Source of the DNA: Amoeboradix gromovi X-113
Lineage: Eukaryota; Fungi; Sanchytriomycota
Assembly (NCBI GenBank): GCA_018985225.1
Contig: JADGIF010000172.1
Location: 1-15,906 of the forward strand
Length of the DNA stretch: 15,906 nucleotides
Direction of reading: 5' to 3'
The translations under genes and the position numbers were made by a program. The notes beneath the pieces are model-generated. The model was not told the DNA's origin and ran no database searches. It was given only the letters and a program-made list of their open reading frames with translations. The stretch's first letter is position 1. The number at the start of each line of letters is the position of its first letter. This document shows, in pieces, positions 1 to 9,353 of this stretch.

Positions 1-858
1 ATTCAGGATGACATCCATTGGTTCCATTTCACATATTGAAAAATGTAGAAAATTCATGCAATTGTATAAAAGTATACACAGATTCTCGATAAATGAAAGC
101 TGTCTTTGATTTTCTCATTGCAAAGTTCAGAATATCTAATGAATACTTGGGCTACCATAGGGATGATGGCAGCTATAAGAGCATTTAAAGACCTCATATA
201 GGTTCAATCTTAAGCGAGAGTACCAGCAGCGATGCAGTCTTGGACCGATATGAAACGGGTTATAACAATCTGGAGGTCATAGATAGTCTACTGAGAGATT
301 ATGAGAGGCCCGACTGGAAAAGAAGAGAGGTTGGCGGCAAGCGCTTTTCTCATAGAGCACAATTGATGAAATTTGAGACCACTGTTCTTTAGTCAAAGAT
401 ATCAAAAAATAAATAATTCTTCAAGCAATTACCTAATGTTGTCCTGTTATTATTTACACTTTATAATGGAACCAACTTCGGATATCGCATAGTTTGAACT
501 TCAGGGGATGTACCTTATACTCATTGTGCGAAAAGAACTCGAACTTTATCAGGATTGCCACAGACTAGCATGTTCCTCCATTGAGTGCTTTAAAGCAACC
601 ATCAATCGCGAAAAAATGTACATTCGAGAAGATTAAAAAAGCTTTAATTGCGGTCATGCAGAACATGTAGAGATTATCCCAGTCAAAATATGGTTAAGCA
701 AGATCTAAAATAGTTGCCTGCACTTGAGAAATGTGAACTCTGATTTATTTCAGATTTTTCGTTTAACTTCAGCGAGACATTTTTACTTAGGAGGGCTAAC
801 CCTTTAGGAACATTTGTTTTAAAAACTATCTCTAATTTTGTAGAATGTCTCCCAAACA

Positions 859-2336
859 ATGTTGGAGTCAAGTTCCGCAGCAAACAAAGCCAAAGAGTTA
901 GGCAATCAGTACTTCAAAGAAAAACATTATGAAAAGGCTATCAACTCTTACACTGATGCTATACAATATGAAGAGAAGCCTGTTTATTATAACAATCGTG
1001 CATTTGCCAATTACCATCTGGAGTACTATGGTCAAGCTATTAGTGATGCCAATAGTGCAATTCTTTTGGATGATAAATTCTACAAGGCTTATTATCGTCG
1101 TGGTTGTGCCTATGTGCAATTGTTAAAATATTCAGAGGCTTTAAAAGACTTTAAAATTGTTTTTGCAAACACTAAAGATCCCAATGCTCATAAGCATTTA
1201 GTTGCGTGTGACAAAGTCATCAAACAGCGAAAATTTGAAGATGCTATTCACGTTGAAGAGAAACACGTTTTTGATAACGAGGATTGGAAAGAAATGACTG
1301 TTTCAAGTGACTACGATGGACCTTCTGTTGATTCTGAATACTCTCTCGAGTTTGCAAAGCAATGCGGTAATTTTATGAAATCTAGTCTTCTTCCAGGCAA
1401 GTTAATTTTACGCATTTTATTCAACTGCTATCATCATTTTAAGTCTTTGGAGTCCATTGTAGATGTCAAGGTACCTGAAAACGGCTTATTGACCATATGT
1501 GGTGACACACATGGCCAGTACTTTGATGTTTTGAATATTTTCGATAAATATGGCTGGCCCTCCTCTAGCCATTCATATCTGTTTAATGGTGACTTTGTAG
1601 ATCGTGGTAGCTGGTCCATTGAAGTCATTGTGCTTCTGCTATTGTTAAAGTCTGCCTTACCGGATTGCATTTACCTAACAAGGGGTAATCACGAGACCAA
1701 TGGTATTTTAAAATTAACATAGACATGAACAAGGCCTATGGGTTTGAAGGCGAATGCAAAGCGAAATATTCCTCGTCGCTTTTTCAATACTTCGCCGAGT
1801 TATTCAATACCATGCCATTAGGATACGTAATTGAGAATAAAGTGTTCGTTTGTCATGGTGGATTATGCAGCAGCACTCCAACTATTGCAGAGCTTAAGCA
1901 AATAAATAGATTTAGCCAGCCTCGGCCAGATAGTTTGTTCAGCCAGTTGTTGTGGAGTGATCCTTCTGAAAAATCTGGAATAAACCCTTCTAAAAGAGGT
2001 GCTGGGATATCTTTTGGTCCAGATATTACCAGCGACTTTTGCAGCAAGAATAACCTGGAACTAGTAGTTAGGTCGCATGAAGTGAAAGAAGAAGGATACG
2101 AGATTACTCATGACAAGAAACTAATTACGGTGTTTAGTGCTCCAAATTACGTAGACCAAATGGGAAACAAAGGAGCAATAGTACAGTTGTCATTTAGCAA
2201 AACCCCAAATACTACTCCTGTAAGTGATTTAGGCATAGTTGGAGGGATGAACGTCTGGATTGAACAGTTTGTAGCCGTACCTCACCCGAATATTAGACCA
2301 ATGGCTTACGCAAGCAACTTGAGTCAGATGCAATAA
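859..2336 (+). CDS. PPT1: Ser/Thr protein phosphatase 5 (TPR repeats plus PPP catalytic domain); join(859..1702,1723..2336), 485 aa
   Basis: N-terminal TPRs (KELGNQYFK, YYNNRAFA, KAYYRRG) and PPP motifs GDTHGQ, GDFVDRG, RGNHE, HGG, RSHE and SAPNY, with a PP5-type C-terminus VPHPNIRPMAYA. Removing a 20-nt intron joins the two listed ORFs as RGNHETNDMNKAYGFEGE. Confidence 0.97.
1703..1722 (+). other. 20-nt spliceosomal intron in PP5
   Basis: gtattttaaaattaacatag: GT...AG ends, TTAAC branch-like motif next to the 3' site, contains the in-frame stop, and its removal restores the conserved frame. Confidence 0.93.
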
Positions 2337-2692
2337 ATATAAACATATACATAAAATCTCTTATCAAAAGTCCTGGTTTAGAAAGAATTTGAAAAGTTTC
2401 AGAGAGAACCAAGAAGGCTTATTGTTCACTCTCCCAATGCCCTGAGACAGGAGTGGATAAGGATGAATACAACTATAGGTTTCTTATTGTCATGTTGTCG
2501 CTATACGCTACATTTACAAACTAGTTTCTTAGTGCATTTTATGCGGTTAGAAAAGTCTAGTCTTAAGGGAGAGTATGTTGGAGCAATAGAGCTCACACCA
2601 TTACAATAAATATCTTGTTTGATTAATATCGCAAGCTTCCAATTGAGCATTTCAATTTAAAAGGGGCTTCTGGGGTTTTTATTGAAACTTTA

Positions 2693-3535
2693 ATGAACTT
2701 CTTTAATAGTATTGGTGGTCTGTTTAATGCAGCAAAGAATTCTGTGATATCCACTGGTAAAGAAGATTTATCTTCTGACGAAATACGCGAGGATATGATA
2801 CATTTTATTGGTGAAATAGAAGAACCAATTGGAACTGACAGGCTAGCAGCAAACCGAATGTTGAGAATACGAAGACGTGGAAACGATCCAAGTATCAACG
2901 ATAAGACAAAGATGCTAAATCATCTTACAGATATTCCAAACATGGATCAATCTGAAAATCTTGCCCATGGATACAATGCTGATTCCTCTAGTACATCTAG
3001 TGTTGACCATCCAGAAGAGAGTAGCTCACAGATAGCGGAAGAAATAGTCAAGGCTAGTACTGATACAGAGGGACAAACAAGTATTTCACCTAGAAGGAGA
3101 AACGTTGATGATGCTAGATTTAACAGTTATGGAAGAAACTACAAGCATTTCAAAACTATAGATCATTCTGGGGGTGCACACAGAGATAATAGGGGTAATT
3201 TGAATATTTCTATAAAGCCCGTTGGTCTAAATAAGGGCGAAATTCATTTAAATGACGTTGTGCCTGCTGAGGTCATGTATAACGACGATAAACCTGAGGA
3301 CTGGAAACCTGTTTTTACAGATCAGTATGACAAGTACATTGAGCAAGGACTGCGCGTTTATGGGTCATCATGGAAGATGATATGGAGAGGCTACAGAGTA
3401 TTTGCAATTTTCACTTCGGATCAAGTTAAATCAAGAGGCAGAGTTTTAAAAAAGAGAATGATCAGAGAAAATTTAATTAGGCAAGAGAGAGGAGAACCCA
3501 TTGAACCACTGGGAATTTTTGAGAATTTGAAATAA
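2693..3535 (+). CDS. 280-aa protein with a C-terminal SANT/Myb domain of telobox (TRF/Tay1)-like type
   Basis: FTDQYDKYIEQGLRVYGSSWKMIWRGYRVFAIFTSDQVKSRGRVLKK fits the pattern W/F-T-x-E/Q-x-D...G-x3-Y-G..W-x2-I...T-x3-V/L-K-x-R/K-x-R. The N-terminal half is low-complexity and Ser/acid-rich. The stop overlaps AATAAA. Confidence 0.7.
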   Translation: MNFFNSIGGLFNAAKNSVISTGKEDLSSDEIREDMIHFIGEIEEPIGTDRLAANRMLRIRRRGNDPSINDKTKMLNHLTDIPNMDQSENLAHGYNADSSSTSSVDHPEESSSQIAEEIVKASTDTEGQTSISPRRRNVDDARFNSYGRNYKHFKTIDHSGGAHRDNRGNLNISIKPVGLNKGEIHLNDVVPAEVMYNDDKPEDWKPVFTDQYDKYIEQGLRVYGSSWKMIWRGYRVFAIFTSDQVKSRGRVLKKRMIRENLIRQERGEPIEPLGIFENLK

Positions 3536-3974
3536 ATGTTTATACTTTGCTTGATATCTAAATAAACTAATTTGGAATTGCTATGCTCTAAGTTTCGCTC
3601 ACTTTAAAACTCAATTGTGATTAAAAGATGACATACGGATAGCTCTTTAAGCTCAAGCGGAAGCTAAAATATGACAGGCAATTTCAAGGATGGAAGAATA
3701 GCGACTCATAATATAGATCAAGCTATTTCAATATGGCCTTTATACATTCTTGGACAGATATAACATAAAACATTTAAGTCATAGTATTTTAACAGCTCGA
3801 TTGTTATCTTGAATAAATCAATCATCGAGAATTTGTATTTCCATATAATTTCACGACTTCTCCAGATTTTTCTTATAGCTTAAACACTCGATATTCTTCC
3901 TTTTGGCAAATGGTAAATGGGAATAAATAGATGTAATTCTGAACATGTCAAATCTAAAGAAATAACTAACAGGT

Positions 3975-4264
3975 ACAAAGACATATGATCTTATATTCTT
4001 GCCATCGTTTAATACCAGTCAAATGATAAGTAGATTGTTGAGCAAGGTCGCAAGAAATATGGCTACAATGTCCCATTACACATTCAAGGAACGCTTGAAG
4101 TTCAGGTGTAAACAAAGAGGAAAGACGATGGTTGAGTGTAATGAATCGTTTACTAGTCAGACATGTACAAGGTGTGGTACTCTAAAGAAAACCAACTTAG
4201 AAGCTTGCACCTGTACCAATTGTCATTTGAAGATAGAGATCATATGGCAGCAAGGAACATATAA
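3975..4264 (+). pseudogene. Truncated, frameshifted Fanzor2/TnpB-like nuclease (RuvC-II region, zinc finger, RuvC-III)
   Basis: Reads TKTYDLIFLPSFNTSQM...SHYTFKERL...CNESFTSQTCTRCG...CTNCHLKI. After a 4-nt deletion near 4236 (relative to copy B) it reads DRDHMAARNI*. No RuvC-I or N-terminal lobe, and an in-frame TAA lies at 3963. Confidence 0.9.
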
Positions 4265-4265
4265 A

Positions 4266-4390
4266 TCCTTATTCAACCCCGCCACAGGGTAGTGGAAGCG
4301 TGAGCGGTCACTGTAGCGGAACATCTAGCATTAGTTTCTCTGTGGAAATTCTCGATTTCTCGGAGATCAGGACTTTTAACGAGAAGACTA
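4266..4390 (+). ncRNA. Putative omegaRNA scaffold / right end, copy A
   Basis: Lies directly 3' of the RuvC-III motif. Has a stem tagtg/cactg and a long terminal hairpin at 4332-4390 (tagtttctc...gagaagacta) that is conserved in other copies. Expression and exact ends are unknown. Confidence 0.65.
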
Positions 4391-4885
4391 TTTAAGACCA
4401 ATGCAATAAATTTCTTGGATAATATGTGCTGCATAAATAAGATTCTCTGAGTTACGAAATCACTTCATACTTGGTTAAGATAATAAAGACGATTGCCCAA
4501 CAATACTTACTTCAGGATGTTATGCTTCTAAATCGTATTAACGCTTTCATGTGAGGATGGAGAGTAAAAAGCATTGATTCTTAAATAAACTTGGATTACA
4601 TCAGTGTGTCTTAAATAGAGATCTACGTGTGTTGCAATCGCAAGACATAAAAAGCTTGTAGAAAAAGGCAAAAAACACTAATTAAAGATAATGTATGATG
4701 TTTTATCTGTTTTAAATAATTGCAAACGGCGAAATGTGGCAGCATCTGTACAGCTATCAATTTCTATTGAATAAACCACTTATCGTTATTACTTGATTTT
4801 TATTGCATCAGTAACTCTTTTCGCAGATAGGATAGAAACTGTGTGCTGGCAAGTAGCACACGCCTGAACTGTAAGCATCGCTTTG

Positions 4886-4949
4886 CAATTCTGCCTCATA
4901 ATAGTGGAAACGTGAGCAACCGCTATAGCTAGACATGGAAGTTTGGATT
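4886..4949. repeat. Composite Fanzor right-end fragment (copy E)
   Basis: 4886-4929 (+) caattctgcctcataatagtggaaacgtgagcaaccgctatagc resembles copy B caatcccgccttacggtagtgcaagcgtgagcaatcactgtaac. 4926-4949 (-) taatccaaacttccatgtctagct matches copy C 5266-5289 at 23/24. Confidence 0.65.
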
Positions 4950-5244
4950 AATCTGACTACTAGGGTAATTTGACCCCAGAACGGTATTTTTAACAAACGA
5001 ATTTACTTAAACTAAACAAAACTGCTCATCTTTTTGTATCAATTAAAAGGATGTATTTGTTCTGACAAATCTTCATTCTTTGTGTAAATTGTATTTGGTC
5101 AATATATTCGTAAATCTTCTGCAATTGAAACTTTGAAAATACAGACTTTCGCCCTTGACTGCAAGATACTTCAAAGGCAGCTTCAAATCAGTGTCTTTAT
5201 TAGTTAAATTAGTAGCGCGGATTAATCTGAACTCACCGATCTCA

Positions 5245-5369
5245 GACTGGGGTTGGGATTAGGACTAATCCAAACTTCCATGTATAGCTGAAGCAGGCTG
5301 GATCTGTCCGCTTCTCTGTGGAAATCCTTGATTTTATCAAAAATCAGGACTTTTAGCGAGGAGCGTACA
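5245..5369 (+). ncRNA. Stand-alone omegaRNA-like right end, second subfamily (copy C)
   Basis: ttctctgtggaaatccttgattttatcaaaaatcaggacttttagcgagga aligns to the ends of copies A and B. Hairpin at 5305-5369 (tgtccgcttctc / gaggagcgtaca). No recognisable nuclease ORF upstream. Confidence 0.6.
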
Positions 5370-5490
5370 TCACATTAAAAAGTTTCCAAAATATAGGAAA
5401 TTCACTGTGAAATAATCGGAGTATAAATTTTTTGAAAAGCAGTATTTTCAATGTTTAAATCCCTAAAATGTGTCGCTGCTTTAACACATA

Positions 5491-5560
5491 AAAAGTGATG
5501 ATTTCTTTTAAATCAACAATTTCCACGGAGAAGCGGACAGATCCAGCCTGCTTCAATGGA
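5491..5560 (-). repeat. Inverted, 3'-degenerate right-end copy (copy D)
   Basis: The reverse complement of 5519-5555 matches 5289-5325 at 36/37 nt. The inner hairpin tgattt-aaaag-aaatca is retained and the terminal arm is lost. Confidence 0.8.
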
Positions 5561-5801
5561 AGAGTAAGACGCCTACTTTGTGCAAGATTGAGTGCAGTTG
5601 CATACCCTTGCTGATTTGTTATGCTTCGACAAATTTGGCTGAGATTAACTGGAGGCATTTGTCATCTATGAGAAAGACTAAATATCCTATTGATTTTCTA
5701 GTAGAAGGTTGCAGTAGATAATACTGATATAGTCATAGAATTCACGCATCACGATTAATGATTTATCCACTTAAATTTGATAGCTGTAAATTTTGCTACA
5801 C

Positions 5802-6946
5802 ATGGGAATTAAGCAACTGTCCAAAGTTCTAGCGGAACATTGTCCTGACTGTATCACTATGCGACCTATCAAGTCCTTCTTCAGTCGCAAAATAGCTATC
5901 GATGCCAGCATGTGGATATATCAATTTTTGATTGCAGTCAGATCAAATGGAAGTAATATGCAGAGCACTGATGGAGAAACCACTTCTCATTTAATAGGAC
6001 TGTTTTATAGAACTATAAGAATGATTGAGAACGGAATAGAGCCAGTATATGTTTTTGATGGAACTCCTCCTGATTTAAAATCCGTTGAATTACATAAACG
6101 CAAGGCTATTAGAGCTAAAGCTCAAGACGATCTCAAAAAAGCTGAAGAAGCAGACAACATAGAAGATCAAGAAAAGTTTTCCAGAAGGTTAACTAAAGTC
6201 ACTCCCCAGCACAATGAAGAGTGCCAAAAGTTGTTGAAGTTTATGGGTGTTCCATTCATTGTGTCACCATGCGAGGCAGAAGCTCAATGTGCCGAGTTGG
6301 CTAAGAAGGGTAAGGTTTTTGCAGTCGCTAGCGAAGACGCAGATACTCTATGCTTTGCTGCCCCAATTTTGTTGCGCAACTTGCACACAGCCGAGGCAAA
6401 AAAGTTGGAAATCAAAGAAATCAATCTCGCTAAGATTCTAGAGGATATGAGACTAACTCAAGAGCAATTTGTAGATTTATGTATTTTGTTAGGCTGTGAT
6501 TATTTGAAGTCGATTAAAGGAGTTGGACCTAGCACCGCAGTTAGCCTTATTAAAGAATATGGCAGTTTAGAAGCCATAGTTCAAGCTAAAACGGAAAATT
6601 CGGGCAAAAAGGGATTAAAATTTGACTTCCCTGAAGAATGGGACTACAAGAGAGCCCAAGAGTTGTTTTTAAACCACGACGTGATATTAGCTGAAGAATG
6701 CGATTTCAAATGGACTGACCCTGATGAAGAGGAGTTAATTAAGTTTTTGGTGAATGAGAAGAGTTTCAGGTATATTGTTGGTAACTTAGCGAAGATCGTA
6801 TTAGAAATGGCATTGCTAAGATTATGAAAACTCGTGGAAAGGGCAAGCAAGTTAGACTAGACAATTTTTTCACATTGACGACTACTAAACGCAAAAGTTT
6901 AAATAGCGAAAACGACAAACCGAAGAAAAAAGCAAAAAAGTCATAA
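5802..6946 (+). CDS. FEN1: Flap endonuclease 1; join(5802..6769,6790..6946), 374 aa
   Basis: MGIKQL start, IAIDASMWIYQFLIAVR, GETTSHL, YVFDG, EAEAQCA, SEDAD, LLGCDY and an HhH GVGP motif. Exon 2 reads SEDRIRNGIAKI...QVRLDNFF (PIP box) followed by a basic tail KPKKKAKKS*. Confidence 0.98.
6770..6789 (+). other. 20-nt spliceosomal intron in FEN1
   Basis: gtatattgttggtaacttag; removal restores EKSFSEDRI and the C-terminal PCNA-binding PIP box that the unspliced ORF lacks. Confidence 0.93.
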
Positions 6947-6955
6947 TAAACGAAT

Positions 6956-9353
6956 TTATTTAGAAATGTCTATTTCTGCCTCAATGCAGTACTTTGTCAT
7001 CTCACACAGATCATCCACAAACTTGGTTTGCTCCTTGTACCTTAGGTCAATATGCACCATTATGATCTCAGTTTGGCGCGTAATAAAATCCACTACGCCC
7101 TGAGTACTTTGTTTATGCTCATTAAACACGTTGCTGAAGTAGTCTTCCTGAAATTTAATAAACCTATTCAGCTCATCCTGCGATGCAGATTTTTTCCTAT
7201 CAACTTTCTTTGGTTTTAAAGAATTCAAGTGCTCATTCAGCTTTTCATGGACCTTGTCGATCGTCAGAATACTATTAAATGCTTCAAAATTCATTTGTCC
7301 CACCAATATGCCATTTTGTGCATTTTTTAACTCTGAAAAGAGCAAGTTGATACTACTAAAATGGACAAAACTACTATTTAAATAGTCAAAATACAGAGAG
7401 TTGAGTTTGTTAAAGAGTAGCTCCTTCCATTCAACTGAATATAATTGCTCCACCTTTAAAATGTTATCGTTTTTGAATACATCCAAAGCATCCCACATTT
7501 CTAAGAATATATGATTAAATTTTGAGTGCCAGTTGTGTTTAAACTCGCTTGACAATCTCATTTCCGGATCCTCACGGTTAAACTCAATTAACAAAGTGTC
7601 GTACTTGGCCAATAGATTTAAATCGTTGTCAACAAAGTCAATTAAGAATGACTTACAGCTCTCGCAATAAGCAGTAAAGTTTAAATAGAACAATTTTTTA
7701 GCGTGTTTGAAACCATCAAGACTTGATATTTGATTTTTAATTAGTGTATTGTAGGCTAAATTAATGTTTGAAATTACTGAGATGAAATTCATCTATCAAA
7801 GGCAAATCTAATTCCATAGTGGAATCCTTAAAGTCGCAAAGTTTTATATCTACATTGTAATCGTGTATTATCTGATGTTTGGCATTTAGCTCAATACTTT
7901 TGTATCTTATTTTATCATCAATATTATCAGATATCGGAAGGTATATGTAGAATGTTAAATACTGCAGTGTTGACTCTATTGGCAGCATAAGATTCTCATC
8001 TATGTACATATAAAACAGCTCAAATACTCTCTTTTGTATTGCTTCCTGGTCCGAGAGCGGTGAGTTATAAAAAACTATAATGTCTGTTTGCATAGCGTAC
8101 TCTGATTCAAAATCATAGAAAGTTATAGAATTGCTTGTTTTGTCGGAACTGTGTGCGTTATAAGCGTCACTCGCGAAATCTGCAAATATACACACTTTGC
8201 ACATCTTGCGATATTTTTCCTGTACAGCTTTAATGCTGTTAAAATTGGATATTAAACTCTTGTATAAATCCAATATTTTGTAGCTGGGACTGCTTATGTA
8301 AGCTAGAAATGAATTTATACTGCTTTTATTTTCAAAAATGGATGTTTGCATTACAATACTTTCAACTGCGTTTTCAACCTGTATGTCTGCTATAAAGCCG
8401 CAATTTTTATTTGATTTAAACCCCGCTATTTCTATACATCCGTAAATTAGGCATTTTAAACTAGTTTCTAAATCAATTTTGTAGAATTTGCTGATTTCTT
8501 TATTCACCAGTTCCAAGTCAACACTCTTCGAAATATCAAGAGGTTCCTCAAAAATTTCATTGGCTTTTACAATTTTCTTTATCTTATGGTTCTGATCCAT
8601 TTCCATCTCTTTCCAAGTTAACAGCACAGATTCAGATTCTTTGAATTTCTTGGCCAAGATAGCTTCATATTCTGTTTTTTCATTTAAAACGTTTAAATTG
8701 GATTCTTCAACGCAGGATTCAGACAGAAATGTGCGGATTTTTTCATCCAACAAAATTTTGAAATCCTTTACCATCAATTCATGAAGTGATTGGATTTGCT
8801 CTACCGAAAATGAAGAGCGAATGTTTGAATGTTTTGATTCTTTTGTTTCTACTACTACAGTCTCGACTGGGTCCAAAAAAATAGAAGACTGACTGGCATA
8901 CTTTTTCATTGTGTCGCTTAAACTAGAAGACGCATCAATTTCTGAGCACACATTATACCACTTGGAATTTTCATCAACTCGTAACAGCGGGAGCTTTAGT
9001 TTAGTTCCATACTTCAATACTCTTTTCACGTTGTGTATAAATGCATGCTGATTGTTATCCAGCTGATTCTTTCTCAAGAATCTATCTTCCTTTTTGGTAA
9101 TTTTGTTTATTGATGGGATTACAACTGAGAGCTGGGCTAATAACTGGTTATACTCTATTTCATTCAGGTTAATGATTCCCGCAACTTGTTCTGGTTTTAA
9201 AAACACATTGTATTTTTCAAAAAACCTATATAGCGTAGCCCAATTGATGATCCTGTCATCATTGAGTGGCCTCAAGGATAGGTGAAGATTGAACCCCTTT
9301 TCTAAAAGCATGTCTTGAACTTCAATTCCTGAAATTTGATTATGATCCAACAT
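6956..9353 (-). CDS. SPEF2: Divergent SPEF2/CPC1-like central-pair axonemal protein; complement(join(6956..7755,7778..9353)), about 791 aa
   Basis: A 22-nt intron fuses the two listed ORFs. The N-terminal segment SGIEVQDML...RIINWATL...VAGII...LLAQL resembles the CH-like domain of the SPEF family. EFNREDPEMR...KHNWH...EMWDALD...EW and RYKEQ...DDLCEMTKYCIE resemble conserved SPEF2 blocks as recalled from memory, not searched. Start placed at the first ATG; an in-frame TAA lies at 9365-9363. Confidence 0.65.
7756..7777 (-). other. 22-nt spliceosomal intron in the SPEF2-like gene
   Basis: Minus strand gtaatttcaaacattaatttag. It contains the stop of the upstream ORF, and splicing gives ...EFHL-T-YNTLIK in the downstream frame. 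Confidence 0.85.

Larger units (their letters stand above)
3790..4390 (+). mobile_element. Defective IS607/Fanzor2-type element, copy A (shared upstream segment, truncated nuclease, structured right end)
   Basis: Collinear similarity to 12714-13282 at both ends (e.g. atagcttaaacactcgatattcttcctttt; ctagcattagtttctctgtggaaattctcgattt). Encodes a TnpB/Fanzor C-terminus. The left boundary is approximate. Confidence 0.8.

Noticed and set aside
93-637. Two short + frames each broken by a single TAA or TAG, raising the idea of stop-to-Gln recoding
   Set aside because: Conserved genes (PP5, FEN1, NME5) have no internal TAA or TAG after splicing and end in TAA at the expected positions. No family was recognised for these frames.
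1725-2336. Separate 203-aa phosphatase gene
   Set aside because: It is exon 2 of PP5.
4391-4410. Candidate guides targeting sites within this window
   Set aside because: By eye I found no convincing match for the A, B or C flanks elsewhere in the window. A computational search is still needed.
4266-5560. CRISPR-like array of repeats
   Set aside because: Copies are irregularly spaced, in both orientations and diverged; they are better explained as element ends.
5793-6827. FEN1 as the unspliced 344-aa ORF with a TTG start
   Set aside because: The conserved MGIK start is at 5802, and the PIP-box tail requires the 20-nt intron.
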